A stretch of DNA of 64,000 nucleotides from an uncultured virus (IMG/VR IMGVR_UViG_3300009161_000002) (Duplodnaviria; Heunggongvirae; Uroviricota; Caudoviricetes). Of the stretch, positions 25,829-35,477 are shown in pieces. The stretch is taken from the IMG/VR virus record IMGVR_UViG_3300009161_000002; one strand, 5' to 3'. A program made the translations under genes and the position numbers. Each line of letters starts with the position of its first letter. Within the stretch, counting starts at the first letter, position 1. The notes beneath the pieces are model-generated. The model did not search any database. It saw only the letters and a program-made list of their open reading frames with translations, and was not told where the DNA came from.

Positions 25829-26521
25829 ATGGATTTAAAAGAAATTAAACAAAAAATGTTTGAGAAATTAAAACCAAACGGATGGGATAAAATTCTTAAA
25901 TCTTTTATATTTAGTTCTGAATTTGATGATATACTCACCAAACTTTGGACTTTAAGTGAATCAGATAAAAGATTTACACCACCTCTTAAACAAGTATTTA
26001 GAGCATTTGAAGAATGTCCATATCATGAACTTAAAATAGTTATGATAGGTCAAGACCCATATCCACAGTTAGGTGTTGCTGATGGAATTGCATTTAGTTG
26101 TGGAAACACTTTAACAGAGCAACCTTCATTAAGATTTTTATTTAATGGAGTAGAGGAGGGTTATCCTCATAGGTATGAAAGAAATTGTGATTTGACTAGA
26201 TGGTCAAATCAAGGTATTTTAATGTTAAACACTGCACTTACTACTGAAGTAGGTCAAATAGGTGGACATTATGATATTTGGAAACCGTTTACTGCATATC
26301 TGTTAGATACTTTAAATAATCATAATAACGGATTAATATATGTGTACATGGGTAAAAAAGCTGAAGATTGGTCTAATCTTACCAACGATAATAATTATAG
26401 GTTTTATGTTAAACATCCTGCTTCTGCTGCTTATAACGGCTCTAAATGGGATTGTGATGATATATTTAATAAAATATCTGTTTTAGTAAGAGAGAATTAC
26501 AACCAAACTATAACATGGTGA
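25829..26521 (+). CDS. ung: Uracil-DNA glycosylase (family 1)
   Basis: IGQDPYP, ADGIAFS, QPSL, QGILMLN, HPASA. Confidence 0.93.
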   Translation: MDLKEIKQKMFEKLKPNGWDKILKSFIFSSEFDDILTKLWTLSESDKRFTPPLKQVFRAFEECPYHELKIVMIGQDPYPQLGVADGIAFSCGNTLTEQPSLRFLFNGVEEGYPHRYERNCDLTRWSNQGILMLNTALTTEVGQIGGHYDIWKPFTAYLLDTLNNHNNGLIYVYMGKKAEDWSNLTNDNNYRFYVKHPASAAYNGSKWDCDDIFNKISVLVRENYNQTITW

Positions 26522-26522
26522 T

Positions 26523-27110
26523 ATGAAAGAAATCTTTAAAAAACTTGCTGATATGGGAATAACTCCTAATGCATTTTACATATTAGATTGTGTAAAAGAA
26601 GGAATTGTTCCAAACACTTATGTTAAGGCCAGTCTTGAAGTAACTAGATTAATTAGAGATAATTGGTTGACACAAGATTTGGAATTAACAGATAAAAGTG
26701 TTATTTTTACAACTGAAATAGATGGTTATTTCAAAAGATCTAAGAAAAAAACTTCTATAGATTTACTAGGGCATAATTTTATGCAAAACATAGAGGCATA
26801 TGTACATATATTTCCTAATAAGAAGTTATCTTCTGGAAAATATGCAAGAGTACCTGCCAAAAACTTAGAAAGTGGATTTAGATGGTTTTTTGAAACTTAT
26901 GATTACGATTGGGAAACTATTTTTCAAGCAACACAAAAATATGTTGGAGAATATGAATCTAAAAACTATGAATACATGAGAACTGCTCAATATTTTTTGA
27001 GAAAGCAAAATGTAGACAAGAGTTGGGATTCTGATTTAGCAACTTATTGTGAATATTTAAAAGACAGTCCTGATGATGAACAAGTATATTTTAGTGAGTT
27101 AATTGTATAA
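26523..27110 (+). CDS. Putative replication protein (initiator/helicase-loader-like)
   Basis: Directly upstream of DnaB; IFP...YMRTAQYFL pattern. Confidence 0.55.
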   Translation: MKEIFKKLADMGITPNAFYILDCVKEGIVPNTYVKASLEVTRLIRDNWLTQDLELTDKSVIFTTEIDGYFKRSKKKTSIDLLGHNFMQNIEAYVHIFPNKKLSSGKYARVPAKNLESGFRWFFETYDYDWETIFQATQKYVGEYESKNYEYMRTAQYFLRKQNVDKSWDSDLATYCEYLKDSPDDEQVYFSELIV

Positions 27111-27128
27111 TTTAAATTTTAAAAATCT

Positions 27129-28136
27129 ATGGCTAATTTATTTAATGGTGCCCGTCACTTATTACCAGTTAGTGAAAGAGACAGTTTAGAAAAGGGTCTT
27201 ATTAAAATGAAAGCTAGAAGAGAAGGTAAATTACCATCTCTTGTTAGTGCATGGCCCAAATTTAATGATGCCTTTTGTGATGGATTAGAATGGAAAACTA
27301 TTACTGTAGTTGGTGCTCGACCCGGAACTGGAAAAACTCTTTTTATGGAACAATTGATATCTGATATCATTGATCTAAATAAAAATGAAGACTTCCGTGT
27401 TCTTAAATTCCAAATGGAAATGGTTGATGAAACAAGTGCAATAAGAAAGTTTGGTCTGAAAACAGGTGCTGATTACAATACATTAATGAGTAAAGACGGA
27501 AAATTAGTTGACAAAAGAATATTTCAGAGGTGCGTTGATTTTTATCATGAAAGTGCATCATCTGATATTATAAATGTTGTCTATGATGTATGTACTGTCA
27601 ACGAAATGTGTTCTACTGTTCATCATGAATTAGAAAGACACAGAAGAGAAGATGGTTCATATAGAAACATGCTTGTTGCAATAGATCATTCTGCTCTATT
27701 TAAAAATGATGTAGGACAAAAGGATAAATTTGAAATGCTGGGATCATTGGGTGAAGCCTTGACTCAAATGAAGAAAAAATATCCAGTTGCATTTATAGTC
27801 TTAAGTCAATTAAATAGAAACATTGATGATATTAAAAGACAAGTAGAAGGTAATTACGGTAATTATGTATTAGATTCTGATATATATGGTTCTGATGCTT
27901 TGTTACAGCATGCAGATGTAGTAATGGGTATAAATAAACCTTCTATAAGAAGAATTAAACAATATGGTCCTGAGAAGTTTCTGATTGAAGACCCGGATAC
28001 ATTAGTGTTTCATTTTTTGAAGTCCAGGAATGGCACAACACGAATAAGTTTCTTTAAACTTGATAGGGTAACTATGAGAATAATAGAAATGAATACCCCT
28101 GCTAGAGCTGTAGCACAAAAAATCCAAGTAAATTAA
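27129..28136 (+). CDS. dnaB: DnaB-like replicative helicase
   Basis: GARPGTGKT, FQMEM, IDH, LSQLNR, SDIYGSDALLQHAD, KSRNG. Confidence 0.95.
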   Translation: MANLFNGARHLLPVSERDSLEKGLIKMKARREGKLPSLVSAWPKFNDAFCDGLEWKTITVVGARPGTGKTLFMEQLISDIIDLNKNEDFRVLKFQMEMVDETSAIRKFGLKTGADYNTLMSKDGKLVDKRIFQRCVDFYHESASSDIINVVYDVCTVNEMCSTVHHELERHRREDGSYRNMLVAIDHSALFKNDVGQKDKFEMLGSLGEALTQMKKKYPVAFIVLSQLNRNIDDIKRQVEGNYGNYVLDSDIYGSDALLQHADVVMGINKPSIRRIKQYGPEKFLIEDPDTLVFHFLKSRNGTTRISFFKLDRVTMRIIEMNTPARAVAQKIQVN

Positions 28137-28141
28137 TAAAT

Positions 28142-28744
28142 ATGAGTAGTAATTTAAGAAAAGAAAAAGAAAGAGAGTTCTATATGCAACATATGGATGC
28201 TTTCAAAGCAATTGGTATTGCTGATCCATTTTTCACAATTAAAACTGCATTTTTCAAAAAAGGAAAATTTGGAAGACAATGTCAGTTTTTTGAGTGGGAA
28301 TTGAAGAAAGGTGAAGATATCTATATGGAGTTTTATGACAATGCCTATGATGGTAATGGTAAAACTATTGATATTATACCAATGAATGAAGACAGATCAT
28401 TGTTTAAACTCAAGTACAATCCCTATTTCCAAGAGGAATATGATGTAATTGAAGGAGTAGACAGTGAAGGAAAACCAGATAGAAAATATCTTATTCCTGT
28501 AAATGAAATGATGGTTGTATTATCTAGTGGTCAAGAGATTAGTCATTCTCTTTATGAAAAAAGAAAAGAAGATGCTAAAAATGATTTGCCAGAATTACAA
28601 AAATCATTAAGTTTGTTTCCCGATTTTGAAAAAGAATATTCTCCTAAAGTAGAGGAGGTTTTTTTGAATAATGAAGATGAATCTGTTTCTGATATTTTAA
28701 TGAGAATAAGTGTAGAATTTCAAAAATTAGCAAAAAAGTTATGA
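28142..28744 (+). CDS. Hypothetical protein (replication module)
   Basis: 200 aa. Confidence 0.8.
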   Translation: MSSNLRKEKEREFYMQHMDAFKAIGIADPFFTIKTAFFKKGKFGRQCQFFEWELKKGEDIYMEFYDNAYDGNGKTIDIIPMNEDRSLFKLKYNPYFQEEYDVIEGVDSEGKPDRKYLIPVNEMMVVLSSGQEISHSLYEKRKEDAKNDLPELQKSLSLFPDFEKEYSPKVEEVFLNNEDESVSDILMRISVEFQKLAKKL

Positions 28745-29463
28745 GTATAGTACTTCCAACAAAGAAAGAAAAACCGACAAGATTTAATCCTAAAAGATTA
28801 ATTATTTATTCTAAACCAAAGACTGGTAAAACCAGTGCATTTGCAGGATTAGATGATAATCTTATTATAGATTTAGAAAACGGTGCTGATTATGTAGAAG
28901 CTTTAAAAATTAAAATAGACTCCCTACAAGAGTTATTAGAAGCAGGTAAAGCTATCAAAGATGCTGGTAAACCATACAAATATGTTACAATAGATACTGT
29001 AACTGCATTAGAAGATATGGTTATGCCTCTTGCAATCAAGTTATATAGACAAACTAGCATGGGTAAAAATTATGATGGAGACAATGTCTTGTCATTACCT
29101 AATGGTGCTGGTTATTTATATTTAAGACAAGCTTTCTTTCAAGTTTTAGATTTTATTGATACTTTAGCACCCCATATTATTTTATCTGGTCATATTAAAG
29201 ACAAACAGGTAGATGATAAAGGTGAGATGGTATTAGCTGCAAACATTGATTTGACAGGTAAAATCAAATCTTTAATCTGTGCAAATGCAGATGCAATTGG
29301 TTATATGTTTAGAAAAGGTAATAAAACTATTCTATCATTTAAAACCAGTGAAGAAGTGACTTGTGGTGCAAGACCAGAGCACTTAAGAAATGAAGAAATA
29401 GTAGTTTCTGAGATGAATGAAAAAGGTGAACTAGAGTTTCACTGGGATAAAATTTATGTGTAA
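28741..29463 (+). CDS. AAA_24/Sak4-like ATPase (recombination)
   Basis: YSKPKTGKTS, IIDLENG, TIDTVTALED, ADAIGY. Confidence 0.85.
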   Translation: MSIVLPTKKEKPTRFNPKRLIIYSKPKTGKTSAFAGLDDNLIIDLENGADYVEALKIKIDSLQELLEAGKAIKDAGKPYKYVTIDTVTALEDMVMPLAIKLYRQTSMGKNYDGDNVLSLPNGAGYLYLRQAFFQVLDFIDTLAPHIILSGHIKDKQVDDKGEMVLAANIDLTGKIKSLICANADAIGYMFRKGNKTILSFKTSEEVTCGARPEHLRNEEIVVSEMNEKGELEFHWDKIYV

Positions 29464-29483
29464 CAAATAAAAATAAAAATAAA

Positions 29484-30164
29484 ATGGCGTTAAGTACAGA
29501 TGATTTAGGTACCGGTGGATCCGGTTTACCAAAAACGATTAGTCCAGGAAACAAAGTGTTGAAAATCAACAATGTTGAGTTAGAACAATTTAAATTTATT
29601 GACAATGCATTTCATTTGATATTGCATGTTGAAACTGAACCTATTGAAGGTTTTGAAGGATTTATGCTTGATAAAGATGATGAGTCAAAAGGACACTTCA
29701 AAGGTCAAATTGGTAGAGTTAAAGCAAGTCAATATGCATTTGCAGATGGTGAGACCAAAACTGGTATCAAAATACAAAGAGATAGATCAATTTTAATGTT
29801 CTTACAGAATCTTTGTAAAACAATGGGAATCAATGATTGGATGGTATCACAGCATAACAAACATGATACTATTGAAGCTTTTGTTGAAGAATTTAATAAA
29901 ACTGCACCGATTAAAGATAGATATCTTGAATTTTGTGTTGCAGGTAAAGAATATGTTGGTAGAACTGGCTATACCAATTATGATTTATGGTTACCTAAAT
30001 CAGAAAAAGGTAAGTATGCATTTGGTGAAGTTGAAGAAGGTAAAGTTATTAGATATGATGAATCTAAACATTTGAAAAAACTTGAAATAAACAATATTGA
30101 AAGTTTTGGAGATGATGATTTAAACATACCAAATAAGCCTTCTACTGATTTCTCTTTAGACTAA
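29484..30164 (+). CDS. Putative ssDNA-binding protein
   Basis: Lies between the Sak4-like ATPase and primase; acidic C-terminal tail. Confidence 0.5.
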   Translation: MALSTDDLGTGGSGLPKTISPGNKVLKINNVELEQFKFIDNAFHLILHVETEPIEGFEGFMLDKDDESKGHFKGQIGRVKASQYAFADGETKTGIKIQRDRSILMFLQNLCKTMGINDWMVSQHNKHDTIEAFVEEFNKTAPIKDRYLEFCVAGKEYVGRTGYTNYDLWLPKSEKGKYAFGEVEEGKVIRYDESKHLKKLEINNIESFGDDDLNIPNKPSTDFSLD

Positions 30165-30171
30165 TAAAGTC

Positions 30172-30201
30172 AGGGGGAGTCAGTGATTCCCCCTAATTTT
30201 T
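30172..30201 (+). terminator. Intrinsic terminator
   Basis: AGGGGGAGTC/GATTCCCCCT plus a T-rich tail. Confidence 0.65.
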
Positions 30202-30213
30202 AAATTTTAGTAT

Positions 30214-31191
30214 ATGATTTCTACAAAAACAATAATTTCTGATTTAAATGAAGTACCTAGAGAATGGGTATTTGAGTATTATTTAAACCTTACTGAAAGA
30301 CTTTGTGGTCAAAGTTTAAAAATAAAATCTGCATTTAATCCTACTGATAAAGTTCCTTCTATGTGTATATACACAGACAATAAAGGATTTTATAAGTTCA
30401 AGGATTTTTCATCTGGATTTGGTGGTGATGGTTTAAACCTGGTTATGCATTTATATAATCTAGATGGAAGAGGTAAAGCTTCTTTTAGAATTATGTCAGA
30501 TTATGATGTTTATATTTCTGACAATACATATGTTCCATTAACTTATCTTCCACAAAGTAAATACACGGTCTCTGATTTTGAAATCAGACACTGGAATACT
30601 TTAGATCAGTCATATTGGAAAGGTTTTAGATTATGTTCTAATATATTAGAACATTATAATGTACATCCTTTAGAGTTTTACAATATGATTAAGGAAGACG
30701 ATGGTCATATTCTTGATACTGTTAATATAAAAACTAATTTTATTTATGGCTTCTTTAGAGAAGATGGTAGTTTGTATAAGATATACACACCAAAAGTAAA
30801 AGATAACAAATTTATTAAAGTAAAAGATTATATCCAGGGCTCTGATCAGCTTGAGTTTAAATCTAAATATTTGATTATTACTTCTTCTTTAAAAGACTTA
30901 ATGTGTTTTAAGAAATTAGGTATAAGTGGAATTGAAAGCATTGCTCCAGACAGTGAGAACAGTGTTATCCCAGAAAATTTCATGAAACCTCTCCTAAGTA
31001 AGTATCAAAAGATACTTGTACTATTTGATAATGATGAACCTGGTCTTAAATCAGCTAAAAGATATAAAGAAAAGTATGGTTTTAACTATATAGTTCTTGA
31101 CATGTCTAAAGATTTATCTGATTCTGTTAGAGATCATGGTGTTGAAGCTGTGAGAGATGCATTGTTTCCTTTAATAAAACAAGCATTATGA
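30214..31191 (+). CDS. DNA primase (Toprim)
   Basis: DKVPSM, FKDFSSG-GGD, ITSSLKDLM, APDSE, LFDNDEPG, KDLSD. Confidence 0.88.
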   Translation: MISTKTIISDLNEVPREWVFEYYLNLTERLCGQSLKIKSAFNPTDKVPSMCIYTDNKGFYKFKDFSSGFGGDGLNLVMHLYNLDGRGKASFRIMSDYDVYISDNTYVPLTYLPQSKYTVSDFEIRHWNTLDQSYWKGFRLCSNILEHYNVHPLEFYNMIKEDDGHILDTVNIKTNFIYGFFREDGSLYKIYTPKVKDNKFIKVKDYIQGSDQLEFKSKYLIITSSLKDLMCFKKLGISGIESIAPDSENSVIPENFMKPLLSKYQKILVLFDNDEPGLKSAKRYKEKYGFNYIVLDMSKDLSDSVRDHGVEAVRDALFPLIKQAL

Positions 31192-31613
31192 GTTGGAGAT
31201 ATAAAAGTAAAGAGTTTGATGAATTATGCATTCCAGAAGGAGCAATAGGATTTATTTACTCTATGACAGCTATTCTTGATGGTAAATCTGTTGCATATAT
31301 TGGTAAGAAGAACTTCTTTGCTAATATAAAGAAACCTATGGGTAAGAAAGCTTTAGCTATGTCTACAGACAAAAGGTTAAAGAAATACACCCGGGAGCTC
31401 AAACCTGACTTTATGAGATATTACAGTAGTAATAAAACTCTTAAAGATGCTCACAAAGCAGGTGTTGTAATTAAAAGGGAAATTCTAATGATTTGCTATT
31501 CAGCAATGGAATTAACTTATCAAGAAGTAAAGCACCAGTTTAAATATGAAGTGCTTGAGAAAGAAGAATATTTAAATGCCAATATTCTTGGCAGATTTTA
31601 CAAAACAAAATAA
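31188..31613 (+). CDS. GIY-YIG-like endonuclease
   Basis: GFIY...YIGKK...YYSS...REIL...E...YLNANILG. Confidence 0.75.
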   Translation: MSWRYKSKEFDELCIPEGAIGFIYSMTAILDGKSVAYIGKKNFFANIKKPMGKKALAMSTDKRLKKYTRELKPDFMRYYSSNKTLKDAHKAGVVIKREILMICYSAMELTYQEVKHQFKYEVLEKEEYLNANILGRFYKTK

Positions 31614-31614
31614 T

Positions 31615-32019
31615 ATGACAGAAAATGAAATGACAGGCCTTCTATTAAAGTTGGCTGACCTTGGTGTTACGGGAATTAAAATATTCTACTCAGGTGGAGG
31701 AGATTCAGGAGATATTGATGATGTTTTATATACTACAACTAAAGAAGCTAGTTTTAATGATATTATGAATTTAAGTACTTATGGAGAAGATATTCTTTAT
31801 TTAGCAGATCTTGATGGTTATCTTAGAGATGATTTAATAGACTTTGCAAATGAAAAAATTCTAAATGATTTAGAAGATTGGTGGAATAATGATGGTGGTT
31901 ATGGAGTAATGCTCATTAAAATTCCTTCAGGTGAATATGAAATAAATAATACTATTTATGTTACTGATACTGAAGAATTTGCACATGAAGGAGATTTAAT
32001 TAGTAAAAGTTTAGAATAA
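31615..32019 (+). CDS. DUF6878-like protein
   Basis: LGVTGIKIFYSGGGDSGDI...DWWNNDGGYG. Confidence 0.7.
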   Translation: MTENEMTGLLLKLADLGVTGIKIFYSGGGDSGDIDDVLYTTTKEASFNDIMNLSTYGEDILYLADLDGYLRDDLIDFANEKILNDLEDWWNNDGGYGVMLIKIPSGEYEINNTIYVTDTEEFAHEGDLISKSLE

Positions 32020-32366
32020 TGGCACATCCAATGCAACATTGCAAATCCTCAGTTAGAAAATGGGGTGGTCAGTTATCTGATTACCAACCTATTCATGATT
32101 GGTTTGATGAAACTAAGGCTTGGATAGGACACAGTAAGCATAGAATGTTTAGACATCATAGTGAAGGTATATTTGAATGTGAAAAAGTATTTGGTAATTC
32201 ATTTATAAATTCAGATGGTAAAACTGTATACACTAGATATGTTGGAGAACAGCATGTAAAAGAAGATTGTAATAATTACATTCCTACTGCTAAAGAATGG
32301 GTTGATATGATATCATCAGGTAAACCTAAAGAATGGGCAATAAAAACTTTAAAAATAGAAGACTAA
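32019..32366 (+). CDS. DUF6915-like His-rich protein
   Basis: MAHPMQHCKSSVRKWGG...IHDWFDETK...HRMFRHHSEGI...EQHVKEDC. Confidence 0.75.
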   Translation: MAHPMQHCKSSVRKWGGQLSDYQPIHDWFDETKAWIGHSKHRMFRHHSEGIFECEKVFGNSFINSDGKTVYTRYVGEQHVKEDCNNYIPTAKEWVDMISSGKPKEWAIKTLKIED

Positions 32367-32488
32367 TGACAGAAGAAGAATTATATAAGTGGATATACAA
32401 TTTAAAATTGCAAACACTTACAGATGAACTTAAAGATACTATAGTTGAAAAAATTCAAGATGTAGTTTGGACTTTAACAAATAAATAA
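32366..32488 (+). CDS. Small protein (40 aa)
   Basis: Manual translation MTEEELYKWIYNLK...; TAATG-coupled; fills the gap. Confidence 0.5.
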   Translation: MTEEELYKWIYNLKLQTLTDELKDTIVEKIQDVVWTLTNK

Positions 32489-32489
32489 T

Positions 32490-32912
32490 ATGATTTTTGA
32501 CAAAAAAGAAACAAAGAACTTGTTGAGCATGCTACGTTCAACAGATGATGAAAATGCAACAGTAGCATTTCAAGCCCTTGAGGGTGTTGATGTAAAAAAG
32601 TATTCGGGAGAATTAATTGTATTATACAAGTTTGGTAAAAGAAATATGGGAATTTGGGAGAAACAAGCTCCTAAATGTCATAAGCATATTGCTAAAGTAT
32701 TAAATCCATTTGCTAAAGATGGGGGTAGTGAGTTAAGTACAGGATCATGTTTGTCTGCAATGACTGCAAACAATACAAGTAATCAAGCTATTGAACTCTT
32801 TATGGAGTTATTTACAGATAGTATGATAAGCTTCCTAGGTCAGATGGGATATCCAGCTGATAAATTTGAAATTAATATAAAACTAAAGGATGGACAAGGC
32901 ACAGAGTCTTAG
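32490..32912 (+). CDS. Hypothetical helical protein
   Basis: 140 aa; LLSMLRSTDDENATVA. Confidence 0.75.
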   Translation: MIFDKKETKNLLSMLRSTDDENATVAFQALEGVDVKKYSGELIVLYKFGKRNMGIWEKQAPKCHKHIAKVLNPFAKDGGSELSTGSCLSAMTANNTSNQAIELFMELFTDSMISFLGQMGYPADKFEINIKLKDGQGTES

Positions 32913-34200
32913 TAAAACAGCCAAAGATTTAATGTTGAAAGAGCCCTATTATGGGTTCTTTCTTATTATGTTGAATAAGCTGTGGAATAAAAAAGTACCT
33001 ACTGCAGGTGTTAGTAAGAATGGTATCAATTATCAATTAGTGATAAATGAAGAGTTCTGGACAAGTTTAACTGAATTAGAAAGATTAGGTTTACTTAAAC
33101 ATGAATTATTACATATTGCATTTGGACATCTTACAACTGTATTTAAGTTCAGTGATAGAAGATTAGCTAATGTGGCTATGGATATGGAAATTAATCAGTA
33201 TATTGATGCTTCCTGGCTTCCAGGTGGTGAATTAAGTTCTGATGAATTCAAACAACTTAAAGAGTCTGTTAAAGCTGAATTAGAAACAGCTAAAGAAAAT
33301 GGTGCTACTCAAGAAGATCTTCTTGCTATTAGTAAGAAACTTCCTTCAAGAGGTATCATGATTGATGATTATGTTGAACTTAATTTAGATAGAAAAGCAG
33401 GTGCCAGATACTATTATGATAAACTTAAAGAAGCAAAAGATAAGAAAGACCAAACTGGTACAAGTGGTTCTGAAGCCTTTGATAATCTTTGTGATCAAAT
33501 GGATGCTGGTGACGGTGATGATTTGCCTGACCATAGTACTTGGGATGAGTTTGAAAATCTTAGTGAGGCTGAACAAAAATTAATTAATAAACAATTACAA
33601 AAAGTTTTATCAGATGCCAAGGAACAGACTGTTAAGAAAAGAGGCAATGTACCTGGTGAGATTGATGGAGTTATTGTAATAGAGGAAATAGTGCCACCTA
33701 AGTTTGATTGGCGTGGATATATTAGAAGATTTACAGGAGTTAGTACTAAAGTCTATACTAAAAAGATTAGACGAAAAGAAAATAAAAGATTTGATGCAAA
33801 TCCAGGTCTAAAAGTAAAAATGAGACAACATATGTTGTTGGGTATTGATACTTCAGGTTCTGTAAGTGATTCTGAATTAAAGGAGTTTATGGTAGAAATG
33901 CATCATATTTATAAATGTGGTGTAGATATTACCATTATTCAGTGTGACACAATGATTAGATCTATTGAACCTTATAAAGGTAAACATGAACTAAGTGTAC
34001 AAGGCAGAGGAGGCACAGAATTTGATCCTGTCTTAGAATATTTTAATGCTCATTTGGGTAAATATACTAGTTTGGTATATTTTACTGATGGAGAATGTTA
34101 TACAGATGTAAAACCTAGAGGTAACGTTCTATGGGTTTTGTCAGAAAGATCGTGTATGAATGATAGTTTGCCTGGAAAGGTCATTAAATTAGAATTATAA
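32890..34200 (+). CDS. DUF2201-type metallopeptidase fused to a vWA domain
   Basis: HELLH...NVAMDMEIN; MIDAS DTSGS, QCDT, GRGGTEFDP, YFTDG. Confidence 0.9.
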   Translation: MDKAQSLSKTAKDLMLKEPYYGFFLIMLNKLWNKKVPTAGVSKNGINYQLVINEEFWTSLTELERLGLLKHELLHIAFGHLTTVFKFSDRRLANVAMDMEINQYIDASWLPGGELSSDEFKQLKESVKAELETAKENGATQEDLLAISKKLPSRGIMIDDYVELNLDRKAGARYYYDKLKEAKDKKDQTGTSGSEAFDNLCDQMDAGDGDDLPDHSTWDEFENLSEAEQKLINKQLQKVLSDAKEQTVKKRGNVPGEIDGVIVIEEIVPPKFDWRGYIRRFTGVSTKVYTKKIRRKENKRFDANPGLKVKMRQHMLLGIDTSGSVSDSELKEFMVEMHHIYKCGVDITIIQCDTMIRSIEPYKGKHELSVQGRGGTEFDPVLEYFNAHLGKYTSLVYFTDGECYTDVKPRGNVLWVLSERSCMNDSLPGKVIKLEL

Positions 34201-34211
34201 AAATTAAAGTT

Positions 34212-35381
34212 ATGAGTCAAGTTCAATTAAATGTAGAAGAATTAAAAGGATTTATTAAACACATGGTTGGAAATAACCAACACATTCAGTCTGAAGGAAA
34301 AGTTCCTGTGGCTATTAATATTGAGGGTGATGCTGGTCTTGGTAAGACTTCTGCTATTATGCAATTGGGTAAAGAGATGAATATGCAAGTTGTAAAACTT
34401 AATTTATCTCAGTTAGAAGAATTAGGTGACCTAGTAGGTTTTCCTGTAAAAGAATTTCAGATTGCAAATGCTGAAGGTAAGACTACTTGGATTAATGAAT
34501 CTCAGATATCTGCAGCAAGTGCAAAAGGTTATAAAGTTGTAGATAAGAGAATGTCACATGCTGCTCCTGAATGGATTCAGGGTAAAGGAGAGGGTGGATT
34601 CTTAATCTTAGATGATTACACTCGTGCTGATCAAAGATTTATGCAAGCAACTATGGAGATCTTAGATAGACAAGAATATGTTTCTTGGAAGTTACCTAAG
34701 AACTGGCATGTTATCTTGACTACTAATCCAGACAATGGTGATTATAATGTCACAAGTCTAGATGTAGCTCAGAAGACTAGATTTATCTCTGTTGAGTTAA
34801 AGTATGATTCTGAAGTATGGGCTAAGTGGGCAGAGAGTGCAAACATTGACGGTAGATGTATTAATTTTATGTTGATGCATCCAGAATTAGTAACTCAAAG
34901 AATTAATCCAAGAGCTATTACTACATTCTTTAATGCTATCAGTTCTATTCCTAAGTTTGAAAGTGACTTACCTCTAATTCAGATGATTGGTGAGGGTTCA
35001 GTTGGTCCAGACTTTAGTTCTATGTTTACTATGTTTATTAACAACAAACTAGATAGAATTATTAGTCCTGCAGATATCTTAACTAAAGATGAAATATATG
35101 TTTTAGGGTCTTTGACTTCTGCAGTAGGGGAAGGTGATGATTTCCGTGCTGATATTTCCAGTGTAATTGCAACCAGGATTATAAATTATTCTCTTGCTTT
35201 AGCTGATAAAACAAGCATTGGTAAACCTATCATTGATAGAATTGCTAAGTTAACTACAGATTGTAAAGCATTCACTGATGATTTAAGATATTACATGGTG
35301 AAGGAGATAGTTAACGGTAATAAAACTAAGTTCTCACAATTGATGATGAATCAGAACGTGGTGAAGATGGCTGTAAAATAA
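34212..35381 (+). CDS. MoxR-like AAA+ ATPase
   Basis: GDAGLGKT, GDLVGFP, ILDDYTRA, LTTNP, TRF, NPR. Confidence 0.88.
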   Translation: MSQVQLNVEELKGFIKHMVGNNQHIQSEGKVPVAINIEGDAGLGKTSAIMQLGKEMNMQVVKLNLSQLEELGDLVGFPVKEFQIANAEGKTTWINESQISAASAKGYKVVDKRMSHAAPEWIQGKGEGGFLILDDYTRADQRFMQATMEILDRQEYVSWKLPKNWHVILTTNPDNGDYNVTSLDVAQKTRFISVELKYDSEVWAKWAESANIDGRCINFMLMHPELVTQRINPRAITTFFNAISSIPKFESDLPLIQMIGEGSVGPDFSSMFTMFINNKLDRIISPADILTKDEIYVLGSLTSAVGEGDDFRADISSVIATRIINYSLALADKTSIGKPIIDRIAKLTTDCKAFTDDLRYYMVKEIVNGNKTKFSQLMMNQNVVKMAVK

Positions 35382-35438
35382 ATCTAACGTAGAAGATTTC
35401 CACTTTAAAAACCCATTATTTTAATTAAATACAAACAT

Positions 35439-35464
35439 AGGGAGAGGTAATACTCTCCCTTTTT
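35439..35464 (+). terminator. Intrinsic terminator
   Basis: AGGGAGAG/CTCTCCCT plus TTTT. Confidence 0.7.
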
Positions 35465-35477
35465 AAATATTTTAAAT

